Source of the DNA: Candidatus Marinacidobacterales bacterium
GTDB lineage: Bacteria > Acidobacteriota > Vicinamibacteria > Marinacidobacterales > SMYC01
Direction: 5' to 3'
DNA: 64,000 nt
NCBI GenBank assembly: GCA_965237955.1
Contig: OZ250169.1
Location: 5,597,888-5,661,887, forward strand
In this document: one piece after another, positions 57,219 through 64,000 of the stretch
Position numbering within the stretch: position 1 is the stretch's first letter
Layout of the letters: every line of letters starts with the position of its first letter
Translations under genes and position numbers: made by a program
Notes under the pieces: model-generated
Databases searched by the model: none
The model's input: the letters and a program-made list of their open reading frames with translations, nothing else
Told to the model about the DNA's origin: nothing

Positions 57219-58475
57219 CTACGTCATTATTGCCTTGACACCCGCGATCGCTCGGTCGACGTGCTCCATGGTGTTGTACACGTGAGGGCAAAGTCTGAGC
57301 CCGCCCGTGCGAGCGCCGGCGATCCCGTGCTCCTGGTAGAGCTGATTCATGACCCCGCGGGTACGGCCTCGCTCTCCTTCGACTACGGTGATGCAAACAC
57401 CACCGGAGAGCTCCGGTGACTGAGGCGTTACCAGCGATAAGCCGGCATTGGCAATCCCGGCTTTCAGAGCGGTCGCGAGCTCCGTCACGCGTGCTTCGGC
57501 GCGCGCAGCTCCGATCGAGTTGTGGAAGTTGACCGTTGTTCCCACCGCGGCGAGGCACGCGTCATCTCTCTGTCCGAATGATTCGAATTTGCGCGCGCCC
57601 TTCGGGTCGGGATCGACGTCATCGCCCCAGCCCGGCGCCACGATGTTGGGCCAAATGCGAGGGATGTTGTCGGTCTTGACGTAGAGGAGGCCGGCCTCCT
57701 TGGGTCCCATGAACCACTTGTGGGCCGACCCGGTGTACGAGTCGCAACCCATTTCGCGGAGATTGACATCGAGAGCACCCCAGCTTTGCGCGCCATCCAC
57801 GTGGACGTAGATGCCGCGCGCCTGTGCGGCTTCGACGAGGTCTTTCGCCGGCAACTTGATGCCACTAACGTTCGACACGTGCGTGATCGACAACACTTTG
57901 GTCTTGTCGGTGAACGCGGACGTAAACGTGTCGAAGAGCTCTTGAGCGCTACCGGGACGCTTGGGCGTGGAGACTCGTTTGATCACCAGGCCGTATCGTG
58001 CGGCGCGGACGTCCCACGCGACGTTGTTGGTCGGATGATTCTGGTCCCACAACAAGACTTCGTCGCCCTCTTCGAGCGATAGGCCGTTGTTGATTATGTT
58101 GTTGGCCTCGCTCGTGTTGCGCACCAGAGCGATCTCGTCGGAGCTGACGCCCATCTGTTTGGCGACTTTGTTGCGGGACGCTTCGCGCAGTTGATTGAAC
58201 TTCGCGCGATTCTGGGAGCTGCAATCGCGATCGATGTCGGCGGTGAGCTCACTCACACGGTCGGAGACTGCGCGCGGCGACGGGCACAGGTTCGCGGCGT
58301 TCATGGGGACTTTCTCTTCAGTGAACGAGAATTGCGCTCGGACGAGCTGCCAGTACGCTTCGCCATCGGCGGGCGTCTCGGCAAGACTCTCGGTAGCGTG
58401 GGCGGTCTCGAACGCGGCCGGCAACAACGCGGCACCAGCAGCGATTTCCTTCAGGAACGAACGACGCGAGTTCAT
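57219..58475 (-). CDS. Class V aminotransferase-fold PLP enzyme (isopenicillin-N-epimerase / cysteine-desulfurase-like) with a Tat signal peptide.
   Basis: Twin-arginine motif RRSFLKEIAAGAALL at the N-terminus. PLP-Lys region SGSAHKWFMGPKEAG and the class V fold pattern are present. Confidence 0.7.
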   Translation of the reverse strand: MNSRRSFLKEIAAGAALLPAAFETAHATESLAETPADGEAYWQLVRAQFSFTEEKVPMNAANLCPSPRAVSDRVSELTADIDRDCSSQNRAKFNQLREASRNKVAKQMGVSSDEIALVRNTSEANNIINNGLSLEEGDEVLLWDQNHPTNNVAWDVRAARYGLVIKRVSTPKRPGSAQELFDTFTSAFTDKTKVLSITHVSNVSGIKLPAKDLVEAAQARGIYVHVDGAQSWGALDVNLREMGCDSYTGSAHKWFMGPKEAGLLYVKTDNIPRIWPNIVAPGWGDDVDPDPKGARKFESFGQRDDACLAAVGTTVNFHNSIGAARAEARVTELATALKAGIANAGLSLVTPQSPELSGGVCITVVEGERGRTRGVMNQLYQEHGIAGARTGGLRLCPHVYNTMEHVDRAIAGVKAIMT

Positions 58476-58877
58476 GGGCGCCTCCTTCGTGAATCATACC
58501 GTAGTTTCACGTTCGCGTCTCGCGCGATCGTCGCGCCGCCGCCGCGCGAAAAGCTGTGAGCACAATTGTCAGGTTCTCTCACATTACGTTATCTGCGCGC
58601 AATCGACTGGAAACAAATGGGTTGCTTGCACGGTTCTGTATGGACTGTCGGAATCTTTGACATACCCGCTACCGTTTGCTCTGCGGTTCCATTGCTCAAG
58701 CGCTTGTAACTCAACGAGTTGCGTCAGTTGGAAAGGGACTTGCAGTATGACACATTGGTTTTGGGTGCCTTGAGTTGTGCCATTGGAAACAGACTTAAGG
58801 AGGAGTAAATGGGCCGCACGCTAGTCCCCTGTATCAGAACAAACTAGATAAAGCAGAGCTTGCCGAAACACTTCTAA

Positions 58878-59690
58878 GTGCATGAATCTTATGAATCTTA
58901 TGGGCTGGCGAAAAGCCTAACTTTGTATAGTGATCAAAGATCCAGGGGACTAGGCAAAGTAACCATTGCGTTCGGCATCGTTTTTCTAGCCGCGGGGTAC
59001 GCTTGGGCGACGCCGCCGATCATGTTCGAGTTCGGCTTGTACGAGCTCGGGAACCATCCGGACGGAAACGAAGCACCGCCGGAGTACGGTAGCCGCCTCG
59101 ATCACTTGTTCGCCGACGTGGGTGTTTTCTTGTTCGACTACGAGTGTGATGCGTGCGACATGAGGATGGATTACAGCCCTGGCTCGATCCATATCTTCGG
59201 TCACGCGTTCGGCGGCGAGCCGGAAGACGGAGGCTTCATCGATAACGAGTTCGACGGGCTCTACTTTTGGGACGTCACCTACGAGGTGGCAGCTCCAGTC
59301 GAGGACGACGACGATGGGCTCCAGGATATCGGACAACCCGGCGAGACCGGCAATCCGGACGGCATCGGAACGCTCGAGTTTCTGTCAGCGACGGGAGGGG
59401 ATGACCTACCCGATATCACTATGTGGGATCTCATGGACAAGAAGGGCGGCCATCCGAATAGCCTCCGCGTCGGTGACGAAGGCGACGACATGGGCCATCG
59501 GGATTTTCCCGGCATCTCCGGCTGGGGTTGGCTGAAGGTCCGCGAAACCGGAGACGGCGATTTCGTGGACGCTGAAGGCGCGCAAGACTTCTTGTTTATC
59601 GCGCGGCGCATCCCAGTTCCTGCTCCAGGGAGCGCTGTGCTGCTGATCCTCGGTCTCGCGGCACTCGGCTCGAGACGCCGAAAGGACTAG
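58878..59690 (+). CDS. PEP-CTERM-anchored secreted acidic protein.
   Basis: C-terminus PVPAPGSAVLLILGLAALGSRRRKD is a PEP-CTERM (VPxP - TM - Arg-rich) sorting signal. An N-terminal signal peptide is present. The start is uncertain (ATG at 58878 or an internal TTG). Confidence 0.55.
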   Translation: MHESYESYGLAKSLTLYSDQRSRGLGKVTIAFGIVFLAAGYAWATPPIMFEFGLYELGNHPDGNEAPPEYGSRLDHLFADVGVFLFDYECDACDMRMDYSPGSIHIFGHAFGGEPEDGGFIDNEFDGLYFWDVTYEVAAPVEDDDDGLQDIGQPGETGNPDGIGTLEFLSATGGDDLPDITMWDLMDKKGGHPNSLRVGDEGDDMGHRDFPGISGWGWLKVRETGDGDFVDAEGAQDFLFIARRIPVPAPGSAVLLILGLAALGSRRRKD

Positions 59691-60973
59691 GCCGGCGTTC
59701 CAACCAAATCGACGATCGTCAACGCGAGCACTTTCGTCGCGTTGACGAGATCGTCGACGAGGCAGTACTCGTCCACCTGGTGAGCGAGCTCCAAGATTCC
59801 CGGCCCGTAAGCTACGCAGTGCTCGACACCAGCAACACGGGCGACGTGCTTGTGGTCGTAGGTGCCCGGGCTCGCGACCCGCTCCGCCTGCTTGCCGAGA
59901 ACAGCTTCGATTGCGGCTCCGACCGAGCCGATGACCGGGGAGTCCCGTGGCGTTTGAACGGGATGCACCACCATGAGCTCCTCGAGCTCGAAACGTCCGC
60001 CACCTCTAGCGACACGCTCGAGTAGAGCTTTCACTTCCTCCTTCGCTTTCTCGAAACCCTCTTCGTGCAGGAAGCGCCGGTCGAAAATCGCCTCGCATCG
60101 ATCGGCTACGCACGGGCTTTGTGGCATTTGCCCGGCCTGGCCTCCCGTGATCGAGTTGATGTTGAGCGTCGCGTGTCGCGCCCCGGGGGGCACGACCGGG
60201 GTAGCCGTGACGCGCTGAGCCAGCTCGGGGACGAGCTCGTTTTTGATCGCCTCCAGAAACTCACTCATCCGGTCGATGGCGCTCTCGCCGAGAAAGGGCA
60301 TGCTTCCATGCGCGATGCGGCCGTGTGCAGTTACTTTGAACCAATAGACCCCGCGATGGCCGACACAAATGCGATCGACGTTCAGAGGCTCGGGGATGAT
60401 GACGTAGTCGGTCACATCGCGAGCGATGCGCCCTTGCTCGCACAGAAACCGAACGCCGGCGAAACCTCCGGTCTCTTCGTCGACGGTGCCGCTGAGCTCG
60501 ACGCTCCCTGCCAAAGAAACGCCGGCGCGACGCACCGCTTCCGCGGCGTACACGGCGGCGGCGATGCCCGCTTTCATATCGCATGAGCCGCGACCAAATA
60601 ACTTTCCGTCTTCGACGAGCCCGCCGAACGGATCGACGCTCCATCCCGAACCCGTGGGGACGACGTCGATGTGGCCGTTGAGATGCACCAGCGGACGCGC
60701 CGACGCGCCTTGTCGCCGGCCCACGACGTTCACGCGCGGAAAGTCCTTCGAGTGATCCGGGTGATCGGATGCGGTTGGATAGTCGACCTCGAAGTCGAGC
60801 TTCGTGAGTCGATCGCCGATGAAGTGGGACGCGTCGTGGTAAGCGTCGCCCGGCGGGTTGAGCGTCGGGATCCGGATCAGATCGGCGGCGAAAGCGACGA
60901 TCTCGTCACGCGCGCTCTCGACTTCGGCGAGGACTTTGTCGGTGTCCGGGTTCATGGGATCGATAGCAAGCAT
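59687..60973 (-). CDS. M20-family metallopeptidase (ArgE/DapE-like).
   Basis: HLNGHIDVVP, GRGSCDMKAG and the EETGG metal-ligand motifs of the M20 family. Confidence 0.75.
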   Translation of the reverse strand: MLAIDPMNPDTDKVLAEVESARDEIVAFAADLIRIPTLNPPGDAYHDASHFIGDRLTKLDFEVDYPTASDHPDHSKDFPRVNVVGRRQGASARPLVHLNGHIDVVPTGSGWSVDPFGGLVEDGKLFGRGSCDMKAGIAAAVYAAEAVRRAGVSLAGSVELSGTVDEETGGFAGVRFLCEQGRIARDVTDYVIIPEPLNVDRICVGHRGVYWFKVTAHGRIAHGSMPFLGESAIDRMSEFLEAIKNELVPELAQRVTATPVVPPGARHATLNINSITGGQAGQMPQSPCVADRCEAIFDRRFLHEEGFEKAKEEVKALLERVARGGGRFELEELMVVHPVQTPRDSPVIGSVGAAIEAVLGKQAERVASPGTYDHKHVARVAGVEHCVAYGPGILELAHQVDEYCLVDDLVNATKVLALTIVDLVGTPA

Positions 60974-61002
60974 AACGCATTTGCGCGCTTGCTTTTGATG
61001 AC

Positions 61003-62034
61003 GTGCGCGATCAGAATCGACCCGTGAACTGGCTAGGACTGGTCATTGCGCTCACCGCTTCTGATGGCTCGGGGTTGACTCTCATCGACGGTGTTCGAGT
61101 AGGACACCACACGCTTTCCGAAAGACCCACGGGCTGTACCGTCGTTCTCACCGAAGCCGGCGCCGTCGCCGGCGTTGACGTCCGTGGCTCCGCGCCAGGA
61201 ACTCGCGAGATAGCGCTTCTCGCTCCGGTGAACACAGTCGAGCGAGTGCACGCCATCGTGCTTTCCGGCGGGAGCGCGTTCGGGCTCGATGCGGCGACCG
61301 GCGTCGTCCGTTATCTCGAAGAGCGGAGCGTCGGGTTCGACGTCGGCATCGCGAAAGTGCCGATCGTACCGGCTGCGATCTTGTTCGACCTCGGTGTCGG
61401 CGGTAAGCCGCAGATACGTCCCGGAGCGGATTGCGGCTATCGCGCGGCAATCGCGGCGACGTCGGCTGCGATCGCCGAGGGCAACGTCGGAGCGGGGGCG
61501 GGAGCAACGGTAGGCAAGAGCGCGGGTCCGGGCCGCGGGATGAAAGGCGGCATCGGTACGGCTGCCATCGAGCTTCCCGGCGGGTTGGTCGTGGCAGCCC
61601 TCATGGCGGTGAACGCGGTTGGGGACGTGATCGACCCCGCGACGGGCGAAGTCGTTGCCGGGGTTCGGGGGGAAGATGGAAAGAGCTTGGCCGACGCGCG
61701 GCAGCTGCTGCGATCGGGTGCCCTCGTCCACGGCAAGGTGGGACGGAACACGACGATCGGGATCGTCGCGACCAACGCACGCCTGACCAAGACCGAAGCC
61801 ACGAAAGTCGCTCAAATGGCGCATGATGGCCTGGCGCGAGCGATCGTTCCCGCACATACGCCGTTCGACGGCGATACGATTTTTGCGCTCGCTCTCGGCA
61901 ACTGGGAGGGCGACGTCAGCGTTTCCACGGTAGGCGCCCTCGCCGCCGAAGCTGTGTCCGATGCGATCCTGAGCGCGATCGCGAACGCGGAGAGCATTCC
62001 GGGCTTTCCTGCGGCATCGGACCTCGATCCTTGA
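61003..62034 (+). CDS. P1/S58-family peptidase (DmpA / L-aminopeptidase D-Ala-esterase-amidase-like).
   Basis: GRNTTIGIVATNARL...MAHDGLARAI.P.HT..DGDTIFAL matches conserved DmpA-family blocks. Confidence 0.75.
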   Translation: MRDQNRPVNWLGLVIALTASDGSGLTLIDGVRVGHHTLSERPTGCTVVLTEAGAVAGVDVRGSAPGTREIALLAPVNTVERVHAIVLSGGSAFGLDAATGVVRYLEERSVGFDVGIAKVPIVPAAILFDLGVGGKPQIRPGADCGYRAAIAATSAAIAEGNVGAGAGATVGKSAGPGRGMKGGIGTAAIELPGGLVVAALMAVNAVGDVIDPATGEVVAGVRGEDGKSLADARQLLRSGALVHGKVGRNTTIGIVATNARLTKTEATKVAQMAHDGLARAIVPAHTPFDGDTIFALALGNWEGDVSVSTVGALAAEAVSDAILSAIANAESIPGFPAASDLDP

Positions 62035-63428
62035 ACTTCTATCTCGTCGCGATCCTCGGCTACTCTGCCGCGCTCATCGCTCTGGGGCTTTACGTCGGGC
62101 GCCGCGTAAAAACCACGAGCGCGTTTTTCGTCGCCGGCAGAAGTCTCGGCCCGGTGTTGTTGTTCGCGACGCTCCTCGCCGCGAACATCGGCGCTGGGTC
62201 TACGATGGGCGCCGCCGGCATTGGCTACAGCGGCGGGCTCATTGCGTGGTGGTGGGTGGGCTCGGCCGGCATCGGCACTCTCATTCTCGCGTTTTGGGTC
62301 GGACCGCGGGTGTGGCGGATCGCGAAGGAACACGATCTGCAAACAGTGGGCGATCTGCTCGAGCTCCGCTACGGCAGCGCGGTCCGCGGCATCGTGACCG
62401 CACTTCTCTGGGTCGGCACGCTCTTCATTCTCGCGGGCCAACTCATCGCGGTCGCGTTCGTGCTTCAAGCGGTCGCGGGTATTCCGAAGATCTACGGGTG
62501 CTTGATTGGCGGCGCGGTGATGACGAGCTACTTCGCGGCCGGCGGGCTGTTGTCGTCGGCTTGGGTGAATCTCGTCCAGCTCGCCGTTCTCGTGATGGGC
62601 TTCGTCTTGGTGCTGCCGGTGGCGTTGTCGACCGTAGGCGGCCTCTCGGGGCTCACTGACGCGACCGCGGCTCTAAGTTCCGACTTCATGGACCCGTGGC
62701 GCGGTGGCTCGCCGGCGCTCCGGTATATCGCGCTCCTTGTTCCCGCGTTCATCGTTTCGCCCGGGCTAATTCAAAAAGTGTACGGTGCGCGCGACGCGCG
62801 GACGGTGCGCGTCGCCGTCGCGGCGGTCGGTGTCGCGCTGTTGCTGTTCGCATGGATTCCGCCGCTTCTCGGCGCGATCGCGCGCGTTCACTTTCCGGAG
62901 CTCGAGAGCCAAGGCTTGGCGCTTCCGACGCTGCTCGTGGAAAGAATCCCAGTCCTCGTGGGAGGTTTGGGCTTGGCCGCGATCTTCTCGGCCGAGGTGA
63001 GCTCGGCGGACGCTATTTTATTCATGCTGGCGACGTCGTTGTCGAAGGATCTTTATCAGCGTTTCCTTCGCCCTGGAGCCTCCGATGGTGACGTGCTGCG
63101 CGTCGCCCGTCTAGCGGCACTCGTCGGCGGGGTGCTCGGCGTGCTGATCGCCGTACGGTTCGAGACGATCGTCGGGGCGTTGAGCATCTTCTATTCGCTT
63201 TTGAGCGTGAGCCTGTTCGTGCCCGTGATAGCAGCGCTCCACACGCGGCGCGCTGGAGCCCCGGAAGCGCTCGCCGCGCTCGGCGCCGGCGTTTCGGTGC
63301 TTCTCTCGGTCCAGTTGCTGAGCGGGGGCGAGGGCTACGGGAATTGGAATCCGACGCTCATCGCACTTCTTGTTAGCGGAGTCGCCTTCGTAGCAGTTTT
63401 CGTTTTCCGTCGGAGAGTCGAAAACTAG
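62031..63428 (+). CDS. Sodium:solute symporter (SSF) family transporter.
   Basis: Polytopic with the SSF N-terminal pattern (FFVAGRSLGPVLLFATLLAANIGAGSTMGAAG). The start overlaps the upstream stop. Confidence 0.75.
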   Translation: MNFYLVAILGYSAALIALGLYVGRRVKTTSAFFVAGRSLGPVLLFATLLAANIGAGSTMGAAGIGYSGGLIAWWWVGSAGIGTLILAFWVGPRVWRIAKEHDLQTVGDLLELRYGSAVRGIVTALLWVGTLFILAGQLIAVAFVLQAVAGIPKIYGCLIGGAVMTSYFAAGGLLSSAWVNLVQLAVLVMGFVLVLPVALSTVGGLSGLTDATAALSSDFMDPWRGGSPALRYIALLVPAFIVSPGLIQKVYGARDARTVRVAVAAVGVALLLFAWIPPLLGAIARVHFPELESQGLALPTLLVERIPVLVGGLGLAAIFSAEVSSADAILFMLATSLSKDLYQRFLRPGASDGDVLRVARLAALVGGVLGVLIAVRFETIVGALSIFYSLLSVSLFVPVIAALHTRRAGAPEALAALGAGVSVLLSVQLLSGGEGYGNWNPTLIALLVSGVAFVAVFVFRRRVEN

Positions 63429-63994
63429 TTCAGCACCGGGTCTTTAGCGTCTTCAGTAGGTTCAGCGTCCTCGGTCGTCTCTCTTTCCTCGATCTTCGCC
63501 TCTGCTGCCGTCTTCAATCGGTCTTCGATGGTCTGGCGGAGCTCCTGGTGGCGGTAGAACGCTCTAACCGAAACCGCCGACGCTACGGCGATCAGGGACG
63601 CGGACAACAACAAGGTCCCGCGGTTAAATGTCACCGAGCGGGAACCCACCAGGACAGTGTCGAATAGACCGAGAAACAGCACGATGACGACGAGCGTCCT
63701 AAACGTCTCGAGAACGAGCGCGTTGGAACCAACGCGCCGGTGTTCGTCCACGGTACGTTTGTTGGATGAATATTCAGAAACGTCGTCTGCGTCGAAAGCA
63801 ATGACCATCGCGAGCGGCGAGGCAACGAACCGATCCTCGTACTCGGTCAAGATCGCCACCGCGGCGATACACACCACCACGGCGCCGACCATCATTGGAA
63901 TCGCAAACCGGGAAAACGGTTTGGGCTCGGAAGACGCCTCGGTGGCGTCTTTCTCATCACGGTTGCGATCAGGTCGTGACAAACCAAGTGTCAT
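63425..63994 (-). CDS. Hypothetical membrane protein.
   Basis: 3-4 predicted TM helices. Complete ORF with its ATG at 63992-63994. No family recognised. Confidence 0.4.
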   Translation of the reverse strand: MTLGLSRPDRNRDEKDATEASSEPKPFSRFAIPMMVGAVVVCIAAVAILTEYEDRFVASPLAMVIAFDADDVSEYSSNKRTVDEHRRVGSNALVLETFRTLVVIVLFLGLFDTVLVGSRSVTFNRGTLLLSASLIAVASAVSVRAFYRHQELRQTIEDRLKTAAEAKIEERETTEDAEPTEDAKDPVLN

Positions 63995-64000
63995 CGAGAC

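Overview
This is a high-GC bacterial chromosomal window with about 45 supportable CDSs and no rRNA, tRNA or CRISPR that I could find. Several visibly AT-richer stretches look like acquired or mobile DNA: the window-start ornithine cyclodeaminase fragment, a GH29 fucosidase island, the region around an ISL3 and an IS200 insertion sequence, and the leader of a PEP-CTERM gene.

The most striking feature is a tightly packed minus-strand cluster at 21492-33819, with a glutamate dehydrogenase gene directly downstream. In transcription order it encodes an NfeD/YqiJ-like protein, a flotillin (SPFH), a giant ~1,790-aa protein ending in an AAA_5/MoxR-type ATPase domain, a PspA/IM30 (ESCRT-III-superfamily) protein, a classical AAA ATPase with an unknown 350-aa N-domain, a YkgJ Cys-cluster protein and a DUF502 membrane protein. 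I read this as a candidate ESCRT-III/Vps4-like membrane-remodelling or envelope-stress system. The giant gene is interrupted by an apparent frameshift.

The second notable finding is a Bcp-type peroxiredoxin at 55880-56323 (minus) whose peroxidatic Cys codon is an in-frame TGA followed by a SECIS-like hairpin, so it is probably a selenoprotein.

Other items worth a look:
- a recurring intergenic motif GCGYCTTTGCGTT at three loci;
- a 158-bp symmetric palindromic element at 9134-9291;
- an array of GTGGAAAACGCC motifs beside the ISL3 element;
- a Phd/VapC toxin-antitoxin pair abutting a truncated FAD-monooxygenase gene;
- an MglA-like GTPase fused to GAF and histidine-kinase-like domains;
- pseudo-receiver domains fused to a pyruvate-phosphate-dikinase N-terminal (PPDK_N) ATP-grasp domain;
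- an ECF sigma / anti-sigma (bactofilin-like domain) / TerB operon;
- two or three apparent homopolymer frameshifts.

Routine genes include tricorn protease, a BNR/VPS10-like protein, a Rieske oxygenase, leuB, glpD, ampG, a TonB-dependent receptor, a Tat-signal class V aminotransferase, M20 and DmpA peptidases, and two sodium:solute symporters.
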